A stretch of DNA of 64,000 bases, taken from assembly GCA_963727625.1 (NCBI GenBank), contig CAVSHR010000012.1:544001-608000 (forward strand), written 5' to 3'. The stretch is from an uncultured delta proteobacterium (GTDB taxonomy: Bacteria; Desulfobacterota; Binatia; UBA9968). Position numbers and translations under genes: made by a program. Below, piece after piece: positions 42,930-53,267 of this stretch (its first letter is position 1; each line of letters begins with the position of its first letter). The notes beneath the pieces were generated by a model that saw nothing but the letters and a program-made list of their open reading frames with translations, ran no database searches and was not told the DNA's origin.

Positions 42930-43535
42930 TTAGATGAAAAGCGTGACCTTCGACCGGCAGGCGTCGGCCATGTAGGTGGCGACGCCGCCGTACTCCAGAT
43001 TGTCGGCGAGTTCTTCTTTGGAAACGCCCATGGCGTCCATGGACATGGTGCAGGCGATGATCTTGACGCCGAGATCCTTGGCGATCTCCATCAGCTCTTC
43101 CAGGCTGGCGATGCCTTTCTCCTTCATCATCGCGCGCAGCATCTTGGCGCCGATGCCGAAGAAATTCATCCGCGACACGCCCAGCGCCTGCGACCCCGCC
43201 GGCGTCATCATTGCGAACATCCTTTCTTTGAGCGTGCGTGTTCCCGGCGCCGCGGCTCCCGCTTTCTTGAGCGCGCAAAGTCCCCAGAAGGTGAAAAACA
43301 TCGAGGTCTCCAGGCCGGCCGCGGCGGCGCCGGTCGCAATCACGAAGGAGGCCAAGACTTTGTCCAGGTCGCTGCTGAACACGACGATGGTGGCGCGATC
43401 TTCCGGCATGCGGACCTTGAGTTCCTCGACCTCTTTTTCCAATTGCGCGATTCGCACCGCCAGCCCGTTTTTGTCTTCGCTGCTCGCAACGGAGCCATTT
43501 TCATCGAGAGTATTCGCTTTCAAAGCAACGTCCAT
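42930..43535 (-). CDS. DsrE/DsrF/DrsH-like (DsrE2/YrkE) protein
   Basis: FFTFWGL, IIACTMSMDAMG, GGVATY. Confidence 0.9.
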   Translation of the reverse strand: MDVALKANTLDENGSVASSEDKNGLAVRIAQLEKEVEELKVRMPEDRATIVVFSSDLDKVLASFVIATGAAAAGLETSMFFTFWGLCALKKAGAAAPGTRTLKERMFAMMTPAGSQALGVSRMNFFGIGAKMLRAMMKEKGIASLEELMEIAKDLGVKIIACTMSMDAMGVSKEELADNLEYGGVATYMADACRSKVTLFI

Positions 43536-43825
43536 CTTCTTTAAACCTCCTGACTTATCGTCTTATGCGAGCCGGTCGCCGGCACCTTTTCAATGCACTT
43601 GGCGCTCGTCTCATTTCTACCTTTTCTGCCTTAGAACCGCGCTCGACCGATGGAGCACCTCGCATCAGGAGAAGCAGCCACGGTCATATTTACTTACGTT
43701 TGGATTTATTCTACTCACCTCGATTGCACCTGCAATAGCCCATCGGGGCCGGTCGCGGCAGCGACTTTCCGCTTCTTTAACCCTGCCCTATGGCTAGGAC
43801 ATCGTTGGTTTTACGTTTTCGCATT

Positions 43826-43858
43826 TTAACCTTGAACTTTGAACATGGAACATTGAAA
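43826..43858. repeat. Single TTGAAC heptamer arm
   Basis: ttaaccttgaactttgaacatggaacattgaaa. Confidence 0.65.
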
Positions 43859-44006
43859 TTTCACCTCCTTGATCGCAAACGCTCGCGAATTTTGTCGCCC
43901 GGACGCGCTTAAGGAATTAATGGAACAGGTTGACCGTATCTGCACCCTTATATAAAGGTGTTGTCGTGACCTTGGCCCGCAAGCAACCGTATTGAGGAGG
44001 TATACC

Positions 44007-45032
44007 ATGCGGAAATTATTACCGATTGGTTTTTATTCATTAGTTTCTGTCCTGGCTGGGCTGATGATATGCGCACTACCTGCGGCAAGCATGGCGCAAA
44101 CCGCGGTCTCTCTGGGAACGTCCAGTGTTGGCGCGCGCTTTCACATTTTAGCTGTGGGCATGGGGGACGTGGTCAGCCGTCATTCCAAGCTCAACGTCAC
44201 CGTCGAGCCGATCGGCGGCAGCGACGCTAATATCCGCGCGTTGAAGGCGAAGCGAATCGACTTTGCGCTGACGAACTCGCTCGCCGCCACCCACGGTTTT
44301 CGCGGCATCGGCTCGTTTAAAAAGGAAGGGAAAGCCCCGGTCCGATTGATCCTCCAAGGCGGGCTTGCCGCCCGAGCTCTGGTGGCGAGAGCGGACCGCG
44401 GCATCAATACGCCCGCCGATCTCAAGGGCAAGAAGGTTCAAGGACGGCGCCGCGCGCTCGCCGATTTGGAAGTGGTGCTCAAACAGCTATTGAAAGTTTA
44501 TGGCGTACCCGAAAGCTCGGTCACCATCTACGCTCATTCGGACACCAATGAGCAGGTCGAGACCCTGAGACTCGGCACGGCTGACGCCGCGATGATGCCC
44601 TTCGGCAGCCCGAAGACTTCATCGCCGCCGATACGCCGCTTAGCCGAGACCGTGCCGCTGGTCGTCGTCGACTTCGGCCGCGACAAGATTCCAGCGATCC
44701 TGGAAAATCCCGACCTCGCGGGTTACGCGGCCGCCACCATTCACAAAGGCGCGATCAAGGGCTTGGACAAAGACGTCACCTCGCTCGCACTCGGCGAATA
44801 TCTAGTGGGCAGGGCGGATCTCTCCGACGAGGTCGTCTATCAGTTCACGAAAACTTTCTTCACCAACGTGAAGGACTTTCACGCGGTGCATGCCTCGGCC
44901 AAGGAATACGACCTGGAGGGGAGTTTAGACGCTCCGAAAATTCCTTTTCATCCCGGCGCGATTCGCTATTACAAAGAGACCGGGCGTTGGAACGACGCGA
45001 TGGCAAAGCTCCAGGCCAAGCTTATGAAGTAA
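44007..45032 (+). CDS. TAXI-family TRAP solute receptor
   Basis: GAGGAGG RBS, signal peptide, GGSDANI, DLKGKKV, IPFHPGAIRYYKE. Confidence 0.92.
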   Translation: MRKLLPIGFYSLVSVLAGLMICALPAASMAQTAVSLGTSSVGARFHILAVGMGDVVSRHSKLNVTVEPIGGSDANIRALKAKRIDFALTNSLAATHGFRGIGSFKKEGKAPVRLILQGGLAARALVARADRGINTPADLKGKKVQGRRRALADLEVVLKQLLKVYGVPESSVTIYAHSDTNEQVETLRLGTADAAMMPFGSPKTSSPPIRRLAETVPLVVVDFGRDKIPAILENPDLAGYAAATIHKGAIKGLDKDVTSLALGEYLVGRADLSDEVVYQFTKTFFTNVKDFHAVHASAKEYDLEGSLDAPKIPFHPGAIRYYKETGRWNDAMAKLQAKLMK

Positions 45033-45054
45033 GCCGGCCCCCAGCATATTCTCG

Positions 45055-46974
45055 ATGACCGCCACGCGTACAGAGGCGATCTACGCCAGGGTGGTGGAGG
45101 TGTTGGCCTTCGTAGCCGCTCTCTACCACCTGGTTATCGTCAGTCGTATTCCTACCTATTTCGGTTTTTTCTTTCCCAGCGCGCGCCACCGAGCTGTCAG
45201 CCTGCTCTTCGCGCTGGTGATCGTTTATCTCAGCTATTCGGTTCGCGGCGAGCGCAAGCGCGGGATCTCCTGGTTCGATGCGCTGATGCTGGTCTTGGGA
45301 GTTGCCGGACTCGGTTTCGTGATCGTCTTCTATGAACGGGCGAGCGACTACGAGGCCTACGGCTTTCTCGATACGATCGGCATCGCACTGGCGTTCGGAC
45401 TGGCCATCTCGGTTTTGGAAGCGCTGCGGCGGCTCACCGGCTGGATCTTACCTTCGCTGATCGTCCTCTTCCTGGCGGCGGCGCGCTTCCAGAATGTTCT
45501 GCCGGGTTTGCTGTTCGGCAAAGGCTATTCCTGGGACCGGCTCGGCTATGCCATCTATGTTCCAGGGGAAGGCGTCTTCGGCGTGCCCCTCGGGGTGGCA
45601 TCGACCATCGTCATCGTCTTTCTCATCTTCGCGGCGTTTTTGCAGACCGCCGGGGTCGGCGAGTGGTTCAGCCGCCTTGCGCTCTCGCTCGCCGGTTGGA
45701 CGAGGGGTGGACCGGCAAAGACCGCGGTTTTGGCATCGGCGTTTTTCGGTACGATCTCCGGTTCTCCGTCGGCCAACGCGGCGACCACCGGCGCGTTTAC
45801 CATCCCTCTGATGAAGCGGACCGGCTACAGCCCGGCGTTTGCCGGCGCGGTCGAGGCAGCCGCTTCGGTCGGCGGTCAGATTCTACCGCCGGTCATGGGC
45901 GCCATCGCCTTTGTCATGGCAGACTTCTTGGGGGTGCCGTACGTCGAGGTCGCCAAGGCCGCGCTTCTGCCCGCAGTGCTCTATTTCATGATTGTGTTTA
46001 TGGGGGTGCACTTTGAGGCGGTGAAAAGAAATCTGCGCCCCCTGCCGCGCGCGGAATTGCCGTCGTTGTCTAAGACTCTAAAGGACGGCTGGTATTTCCT
46101 ATTGCCGATTGGAGTATTGATTTACCTGATGCTGGTCAAGCAATTCGACCCGGATATGGCCGGTATCTTCAGCTTGCCGGTGCTGGTCGCGGTGAGCTTT
46201 TTCTCCCGCGACAAAGAACGGCGGCTCTACCCGCGCGCGATCTATCGCGCCCTGGTGGATGCGGTGAATACCTGGCTGTTATTGGCAATCCTCACCGGAG
46301 CGGTCGGCATGCTGGTTGCCGCCCTGGGGCTGAGTGGATTGGGCGTCAAGTTTTCGCGCTTTCTCGTCGATCTGAGTGGCGGCAATCTGCTTGCCGCTCT
46401 GGCCCTGGTTGGAATCAGCAGCTTGATCCTGGGCATGAGCATGGACTCCTTGCCCGCTTACATTACCGTGGCGACTCTTTCCGCTCCCGCTTTGATTCTC
46501 ATGGGCGTGCCCGACATGGCGGCGCATCTGTTCGTCGTCTACTGGGGGCTTGCCTCGCACCTCACGCCGCCGGTTTGCATTACGGTCTACGTCACCTGCA
46601 GCATCAGCGGCGCCGGCATTTGGGAGACCGGCCGCGACGCGGTGCGGCTGGCCATCGGTAAATATCTGTTGCCATTTTCTTTCGCGCTCAATCCGGCGCT
46701 GTTGCTGCGCGGTCCCGTGGATGCGATCGTCATGGGTGTCACCTCGGCCTTCGCCGGCGCGGTATGTGTCTCCGCGGGAACGATCGGTTACGGACTTCGC
46801 GATCTAGGATGGCTCGAGCGCGCGCTCTTGATCGTAGGAGGGACGCTGCTGATTCTGCCGGGCTGGCGCACCCTGATTGTCGGCACCCTCCTCGTCGGCG
46901 TCTCACTTGTGTTGCAGTTACCTTATTTTCATTGGCGAGCGTCGACGCAAAAAACCGCACCTCCGGTGGATTAA
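45055..46974 (+). CDS. TRAP fused 4TM/12TM permease
   Basis: GGPAK, SGSPSAN, GGQILPPVMGA, LTPPV. Confidence 0.93.
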   Translation: MTATRTEAIYARVVEVLAFVAALYHLVIVSRIPTYFGFFFPSARHRAVSLLFALVIVYLSYSVRGERKRGISWFDALMLVLGVAGLGFVIVFYERASDYEAYGFLDTIGIALAFGLAISVLEALRRLTGWILPSLIVLFLAAARFQNVLPGLLFGKGYSWDRLGYAIYVPGEGVFGVPLGVASTIVIVFLIFAAFLQTAGVGEWFSRLALSLAGWTRGGPAKTAVLASAFFGTISGSPSANAATTGAFTIPLMKRTGYSPAFAGAVEAAASVGGQILPPVMGAIAFVMADFLGVPYVEVAKAALLPAVLYFMIVFMGVHFEAVKRNLRPLPRAELPSLSKTLKDGWYFLLPIGVLIYLMLVKQFDPDMAGIFSLPVLVAVSFFSRDKERRLYPRAIYRALVDAVNTWLLLAILTGAVGMLVAALGLSGLGVKFSRFLVDLSGGNLLAALALVGISSLILGMSMDSLPAYITVATLSAPALILMGVPDMAAHLFVVYWGLASHLTPPVCITVYVTCSISGAGIWETGRDAVRLAIGKYLLPFSFALNPALLLRGPVDAIVMGVTSAFAGAVCVSAGTIGYGLRDLGWLERALLIVGGTLLILPGWRTLIVGTLLVGVSLVLQLPYFHWRASTQKTAPPVD

Positions 46975-46990
46975 ACTTTAGATCCCAGAA

Positions 46991-47144
46991 CGTTCAAACC
47001 GTGCAACCGCTTCGCTCCGTTCAAGTCGTTCAAAACGTTCGACGGACATGTTCGGGCTGTGTGAAAGCGTCCCTATTGGCTGACATAGTGCATAGCCCGC
47101 CGCCGTTCGATTCAGCGTTGAACTTTGAACCTGGAACCTTGAAC
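46991..47144. repeat. Inverted GTTCAA arms between convergent genes
   Basis: cgttcaaaccg...cgttcaagtcgttcaaaacg ... cgttgaactttgaacctggaaccttgaac. Confidence 0.7.
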
Positions 47145-47149
47145 AACTC

Positions 47150-48214
47150 TTAAAGTCCGTAGAACGCCTGGGAGTTGGTCTCCAGAATTTTCTTGCCTTG
47201 GGCGCTGGTGATCCTGCCCTCGTCGACCCAGCTCCGCACCTCGTCGATCCCACTCAGGTTGGCGGAGATGTCGGTGTGGCTGTAGTCGGTGCCGATCATC
47301 AAGCTGTCTTCGGTGCCGAACTGCAGCAGGGAATCAACGTCGTCGATCGGGTCGATGGTGATGAACATCCGGTTGGCGCGGAAAATTTCCGGCTCCAGCT
47401 CGAACAGCCGCGGTAATCGAGTCTGCTGGCCGCGCAGCGACTGGCGTTTCACCGCGCCCAACTGCGAGATGGCGTAGGGAATCCACGAGGCCCCGGACTC
47501 GATGAGTCCGAAGCGAAGCTTCGGGAACTTCTTTGGAACTCCGGAGCTCACCAGCGCGGTGAACGAGTACATGATCGGAAAGCCCCGGTCCCATTCGTGG
47601 GCGGGCAGCGGGTGTCCGGTGTGAATACACAGAGGAATGTCGAGCGCGGCGGCCTCCTCATAGACCGGAAAGAAGTGTGGATCAGTGACTTTCCGGTCGA
47701 GATCGAAACCGCGCTTGTAGATGCCGCAGGCGCCGTGCTCCTTCGCCCAGCGCAGCTCCTCGACCGCTTTCTCGGGCTGGAGCAGCGGCAGCACCGCGGC
47801 CCAACGCAAGCGCCCGTCGGTGTTCGCGCATTTCTCGGCCATCCAGCGATTGTAGGTCGTGGTCAGCGCCCATTCGGCTTCCCCGTTGCCGGTGTTGTAG
47901 CGGATAAAGAAGGTCGGGAAGATGACTTGTATGTCGACGCCCATCTTGTCCATGTGCGCGAGGCGGCCCGGCACGTCTTGAAGCTCGCGAAACACCCGGG
48001 GAGGATGGTTGACTTCGTCACGGATGGCACGGTTCTGCAGCCTGCCCTCCACCACCCAACAGCGGCTGTTCGTCGGGTTATAGCCCGCGCGTTTGGCCTC
48101 CTCGGCAGGCATCGAAATGGTCACGGGAATATACTTCGCGTACGGCGTGCCCTCCAACTTTTTCCAGGTCTCTTCGCATTCGTCGACGTGAGTATCGGCA
48201 TCGATCACGGGCAT
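47150..48214 (-). CDS. Amidohydrolase-2 family protein
   Basis: IDADTH, LCIHTG, IESGASW, GTDYSH. Confidence 0.9.
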   Translation of the reverse strand: MPVIDADTHVDECEETWKKLEGTPYAKYIPVTISMPAEEAKRAGYNPTNSRCWVVEGRLQNRAIRDEVNHPPRVFRELQDVPGRLAHMDKMGVDIQVIFPTFFIRYNTGNGEAEWALTTTYNRWMAEKCANTDGRLRWAAVLPLLQPEKAVEELRWAKEHGACGIYKRGFDLDRKVTDPHFFPVYEEAAALDIPLCIHTGHPLPAHEWDRGFPIMYSFTALVSSGVPKKFPKLRFGLIESGASWIPYAISQLGAVKRQSLRGQQTRLPRLFELEPEIFRANRMFITIDPIDDVDSLLQFGTEDSLMIGTDYSHTDISANLSGIDEVRSWVDEGRITSAQGKKILETNSQAFYGL

Positions 48215-48443
48215 GGGATGATCTCCTCTTCCGCTGACTTAAATAGAAATTACTCCTCTCAACAAGCGACCTACCTATAATTGTTAGGCTTCAATATAAT
48301 TCCCTCGTTCGGATTTTTAAACACCCCTGAGTCTGGAGTCACCTGTCGCATTGCTTGATCGCCCGCGGCCTTTAGGGATAAGAAGGTTGTGAGACAGGCA
48401 ATCGCAACGATGACTTCCAGAAGGTAACTGAGCCGATTAACCC

Positions 48444-49166
48444 ATGAATACGACGACCGATGAAATCCGGGTCATGACCTCGGGCGCTTTTACCGCGGCC
48501 TATCTTGAGCTCATTCCCCGGCTCGAACTCCTTACCAAGAAAAAACTCGTGACCGCCGCCACGTCCATCGGAACGGGGGAGAACTCCATCCCGAACCGGC
48601 TTCGACGCGGTGAAGCCGTCGACGTTGTCATTGTCGCGGACGCCGTGCTTGTCGGATTAATCAAGGACGGGCTGATCATGGCCGAAAGCCATACCCCCGT
48701 CGCACGCTCTGCCATCGGTATGGCGGTACGGGCAGGAGCCCCTAAGCCCGACATCGGCTCGGTCGACGCGCTGACGCGCGCGCTTCTGCAGGCAAAGTCC
48801 ATCGCGTACTCCGCCAGTGTGAGCGGCGACTACCTCTCCACCGAGCTGCTTCAGCGCTTGGGTATAGCCGACCAGGTGCTAAGCAAATGCCGGCGCATCG
48901 AAGGGGGTGAGAGAGTCGGCGCCGTGGTCGCGCGGGGAGAAGCGGAAATCGGATTTCAGCAGCTAAGCGAGCTGCTTCCCGTCCCCGGCATAGATCATGT
49001 CACACCGCTGCCGCCGGAAGTGCAGAAGGTGTCTATATTCTCGGCTGGAGTCGCAGTGAGTACGAGAGATTCGGACGCCGCTCACGCGATTCTTGGCTTC
49101 CTATCGTCGCCCGAGGCGGCGGACGCCATCACGAAGAGCGGCTTGGAGCCCATCGGAAATCGCTGA
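48444..49166 (+). CDS. ModA-like substrate-binding domain protein (no clear signal peptide)
   Basis: SGAFTAAY, AVRAGAPKPDI, VARGEAEIGFQQLSEL, LPPEVQ. Confidence 0.85.
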   Translation: MNTTTDEIRVMTSGAFTAAYLELIPRLELLTKKKLVTAATSIGTGENSIPNRLRRGEAVDVVIVADAVLVGLIKDGLIMAESHTPVARSAIGMAVRAGAPKPDIGSVDALTRALLQAKSIAYSASVSGDYLSTELLQRLGIADQVLSKCRRIEGGERVGAVVARGEAEIGFQQLSELLPVPGIDHVTPLPPEVQKVSIFSAGVAVSTRDSDAAHAILGFLSSPEAADAITKSGLEPIGNR

Positions 49167-49604
49167 AGCCGGAGACTGATGGGACGTTATCAGGCGCTGG
49201 ATTTCTCGAGCGGGATGATCAGACCTGAGATTAAGTTTCTTTGTTCGACTCGACCCACCTGCGAGCGTAGAATCTGGTTGGTCTATGCCAAAAACTTGCG
49301 GATAATTCGCCGCGGCAAACATCACCTTGAGCGTAACCCTTTCCCCGATTGACTTAGTTTGGAATCATCTATTTCTTCACCGCATTTCTCCCGCACGACC
49401 ACGCCACTGATCGTCACTGGAAAAAATTGACTTTTACCCGTGATCGTGGTGTGCGAGACACAACTCACCGGTAATTTGATTGAGAGCCGCGTAGCAGCGG
49501 GGCCGAGTCTGGGTTTCTAAACAAGTTTATCATGACCTCCAGGCATGGCCCGCCGCGGTGATTCCCGCATGACTCGCTTATAAGAATTCCTCGGCTCAAT
49601 TCGC

Positions 49605-49649
49605 TTCCCGGTGAGATTACCTGCATTGGCAAGCCTGGCTCACCGGGAA
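49605..49649 (-). terminator. Hairpin immediately downstream of the HtrA gene
   Basis: ttcccggtgag...ctcaccgggaa 11-bp stem. Confidence 0.4.
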
Positions 49650-49656
49650 TTAATTT

Positions 49657-51162
49657 TTACTTCGTCTGCAAAACCACAAAGAGACTGCCGCCTTTGCGCT
49701 TGATCAGGAGTAGAACCCTGTCCTTGTTCTTCGCCTTAGCCAACGCATCGGACAACTCATGGGCGTTGGTCACCGGTTGACGGTCCGCTTCGGCAATCAA
49801 GTCCCCGGCCTGGAGTCCGGCCATGGCTGCCAAACTGCCTCCCTGCACCCCGGTAATCAGCACGCCTGTTTCATTTTCAACTCCATACTGCCGGGCGAGT
49901 TGGGGCGTTAGCGTTTCAACTCGCAATCCGAGCTCAGCCAATTGGTCCCCGCCTTCGGCTGGCCCTGTGCCGGCTTGGACCGTTTCCTCGGTAAGGGTTC
50001 CGATGGTCGCGCTTAGAGCATCCTGCTTGCCATCGCGAACGACATCGATGTTAACGCCGGTGCCGGGCTTGGTCCCGGCCACGAGATTGCGTAGTTGACG
50101 CGTGTCTTCTATTTTCTTTCCATCGTAACCGACGATGACGTCGCCCACTTTAAAGCCCGCTTTCGCTGCCGGCGAATTCGGTTGGACTTGAGAAACTAGC
50201 GCTCCCTTGGCTTCGGACAAGTGGAACTGTTTGGCCAAATCTTCGTTGACCTCTTGGATCACTACCCCGAGCAAGCCGCGGGTAATCTTCCCGCCCTTAA
50301 TCAGCGTCGGCAGCATGGTCTTGATCATGTTAACCGGGATGGCAAAACCGACGCCGGCAAACTGCCCGATACTGGTGGCGATGGCGGTGTTCATGCCGAT
50401 CACCTGACCGCGCATGTTGACCAGCGGGCCGCCGGAATTGCCGGGATTGATCGCCGCGTCGGTTTGCAAGAAATCCTCGTAGTCCGAGATGCCCACGTCT
50501 TGGCGGCCGGTGGCGCTGATGATCCCCTGGGTTACGGTTTGGATAAGGCCAAACGGCGCTCCGACGGCCATCACGAGATCGCCGACTTGCAACGCGTCCG
50601 AGTCGCCCAGATCCACCGCGGGCAGATCGTCGGGCACTTCGCCTTTGATCTTGATGATCGCCACATCGCTTCTCGGATCGGTGCCGACGACCTCGGCCTC
50701 GAACCGCCGCTGATCGGCGAGGCGAACGTTGAGCTTATCGACGTCCTTCACGACGTGATAGTTCGTAAGAATATGACCCTGATTGTCGATGATCATTCCC
50801 GATCCCATGCCGCGCTGAGGGACTTTATGTTCCCTCGGCTGTGAGTGCGGGTTTGAAAAGTGTTGACCGAAGAATTGGCGGAAAAAATCATCGCCGAACG
50901 GAAAGGGAAAGTCCGGCGTGTCAAATTTAACTGTCTTTTCCGAGTACACACTGACAACCGAGGGCTTCACATGGGCCGCCACCGCGGCAAAGGCTTTTTC
51001 CAATTGTAAGGCCGGGGCGACCGCAGACTCTGAGATCGCGGCCGCTTTCAAATCGGCTTGTGGCGATCTGTTTGCCCCAACAGCCCACACCCAGCCGATG
51101 CCAACGACCAAAGCCACGCCGGCACCGGTACTTACGATTTTGATTTTTGCTTTATTTGTCAT
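49657..51162 (-). CDS. HtrA/DegQ serine endoprotease with two PDZ domains
   Basis: LTNYHVV, SDVA, QTDAAINPGNSGGPL; start taken at MTNKAK. Confidence 0.95.
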   Translation of the reverse strand: MTNKAKIKIVSTGAGVALVVGIGWVWAVGANRSPQADLKAAAISESAVAPALQLEKAFAAVAAHVKPSVVSVYSEKTVKFDTPDFPFPFGDDFFRQFFGQHFSNPHSQPREHKVPQRGMGSGMIIDNQGHILTNYHVVKDVDKLNVRLADQRRFEAEVVGTDPRSDVAIIKIKGEVPDDLPAVDLGDSDALQVGDLVMAVGAPFGLIQTVTQGIISATGRQDVGISDYEDFLQTDAAINPGNSGGPLVNMRGQVIGMNTAIATSIGQFAGVGFAIPVNMIKTMLPTLIKGGKITRGLLGVVIQEVNEDLAKQFHLSEAKGALVSQVQPNSPAAKAGFKVGDVIVGYDGKKIEDTRQLRNLVAGTKPGTGVNIDVVRDGKQDALSATIGTLTEETVQAGTGPAEGGDQLAELGLRVETLTPQLARQYGVENETGVLITGVQGGSLAAMAGLQAGDLIAEADRQPVTNAHELSDALAKAKNKDRVLLLIKRKGGSLFVVLQTK

Positions 51163-52058
51163 ACTTCTTCTCCCCTTCGGTATTTCGCCGGTCCCGGAGC
51201 CGCGATAATAATTGCTGCCCTGCTGCAGCCGTAAATAAACCTCGGCTTCGACTTGGCGCCGGCGGTAAGCCGCGTCCATCATTCGACACCGGGCTCTGGA
51301 ATAGGCTTGGCGCAAGTTTCACGCCAGAGAAAAAACTTCGCGTTGCAGTGGATCCATCGCCTTAATCCTCAGCAACTTCAGACCACCCATACGATCGTTT
51401 GATAGCAAACAGAAAAAGACTGAGGCAAAACTGCGCGACGGGTGTGTCATTACGTCTCACCGATTAAAGCGCTGGAGTTTACTATTTTGCCGGTCGGCTC
51501 GAAGGGACTGGTAATAGTTCGCGATGTTAAGAAAAAAAACGAGGATCGGGCGCAACGGCAGACCCTAATATCCAAACAACGATTATCATGACAGCGCAGC
51601 CTGCCGCCGATTCAAGCTTTTAAGACACTGGCATTAACGAGCTCAAGTGTCATTGGAGTCCTGCAGTGACCGGTTTTTTTGCAGCCGCTGATTTTTCCAT
51701 ATCGTCAAGCGCCTGCTGATTCCCTCTGATCGTTTCCTGGCGGGCGTCGACGTTTGGCTTAAGCCTATGCATGGCTTGGCGAAGACTGCTTCCGTTCATC
51801 ATCGACCGAAATCAGCGACATCATCACGCCGTCATGGGGCCGAAGCGATGCCCAAAGTAAACCGCTAGCGGGCAATCAAATCGTGGGAGATCATCTTTTC
51901 TTCGGCCCATCGTGATCATGTTGACAAGACATGTTCGTCCAAATGTAAACTCGCTTCCACCGTGGCTTCGTGTTAGGTTGAGGCCGCTTTGCCGTCCTCG
52001 TCTCGTCTAGAATTCGACAGGCCCGCGCGAAGAAATCCATATTGTGTTTAAAAATTAG

Positions 52059-53255
52059 ATGGCCAGGGACAAACCAGAATCCATCTGGACGAGGACATTT
52101 TTGCTTCTGTGCGCGGCGCAATTCTTGGGCTACGCGCAGCACTCCATGCTCGCGCCGGTCTTGCCGCTTTACGTCATCCGGTTGGGCGGCTCGCCGTTCA
52201 TTGTCGGCATGGTACTCGCCTGCTTCGCCGCCAGCAGCGTGATCGTTCGCCCGCTGGTCGGCCACTGGGCCGACCGCTGGAGCGAAGCCAAGGTGATGAT
52301 CTCCGGCCTGGTTTTTCAGGGCGCGAGCATTTTTCTTTGCTTCCCTCCCTTCGTCGGCACAACCATGCTCGCCAACGGCCTGCGCGGTATCGGTTGGGGC
52401 GGGCTGAACACCGGCGGCTACTCGCTCTTGGCGCATATCGCGCCGCAATCGCGGCGCGGCGAAGCATCCGGGCTGTACAGCGGCGTGCAAAGCGCCTCGT
52501 CGATTCTTTTCCCCGCCTTCGCGCTTTGGCTGCTGCAAGCTTCCTTCGGCGGCTTCGGCGCGGTGTTCTTGGCGACAGCGCTGTTCTCGTGGACCGGCGC
52601 GGCGCTCGGCGCGGTGATGGCGCGCGACGTTCTCCGCGCCGAGCGGCCGATCGCCCCGGCGGAACTTTCGCCGCGCTGGTGGCGTGAGATTTTTCACTTC
52701 ATCGAGCATGACATCTTGCTGCCGTCGCTCATGCTGCTCTGGCTCAATATCTCTCTGCCATCGATCACCAATTTCAGCGTGCTGTACGCGCGCGAGCTGG
52801 GCATCGGAGATTTCGGCGCCTTTTTTATCGTCGTCGGCATGACCAGCTTCGTCGGACGGCCGATGCTCGGCCGGCTCTCGGACAAAATCGGCCGCGATCG
52901 CTCGGTGGCGGCCGGGTTCGGCCTGCAGCTGGCGGGCTTGTTGTTGATGACGACCGTAACAAGCCTCATCGGCATGATTATCTGCGGCACGCTCTACATG
53001 CTCGGCAACGCCATCGCCAGCTCCACCACCCTGGCGCTCGCCGTGGAGCGCGCCAATCCGCAGCGGCGCGGCAAGCAGATGGCGACTTTCTCGATCGCCT
53101 ACCCGCTCAGTTACGGTGTCGGTTCGTTGCTCACCGGCAGCGCCATCCAGATCGCCGGTTATAACGGTATGTTTTTTATTTTGGCCGGTCTGCAAGCGGT
53201 CGGCTTGATCTTCGCGCTGATCAAGGCGCCGCAATTGCGCTCGCACACGGCCTAA
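52059..53255 (+). CDS. MFS transporter
   Basis: About 12 TM segments, GHWADRW and GRLSDKIGR motif A. Confidence 0.92.
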   Translation: MARDKPESIWTRTFLLLCAAQFLGYAQHSMLAPVLPLYVIRLGGSPFIVGMVLACFAASSVIVRPLVGHWADRWSEAKVMISGLVFQGASIFLCFPPFVGTTMLANGLRGIGWGGLNTGGYSLLAHIAPQSRRGEASGLYSGVQSASSILFPAFALWLLQASFGGFGAVFLATALFSWTGAALGAVMARDVLRAERPIAPAELSPRWWREIFHFIEHDILLPSLMLLWLNISLPSITNFSVLYARELGIGDFGAFFIVVGMTSFVGRPMLGRLSDKIGRDRSVAAGFGLQLAGLLLMTTVTSLIGMIICGTLYMLGNAIASSTTLALAVERANPQRRGKQMATFSIAYPLSYGVGSLLTGSAIQIAGYNGMFFILAGLQAVGLIFALIKAPQLRSHTA

Positions 53256-53267
53256 CCCCGCTCATCG

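Noticed and set aside
41795-42937. 380-aa plus-strand ORF, and similar long antisense ORFs such as 23454..24416 and 1364..2218
   Set aside because: Shadows of well-supported genes on the opposite strand
51891-53246. 451-aa minus-strand ORF
   Set aside because: Antisense shadow of the MFS gene in GC-rich DNA; no recognisable motifs
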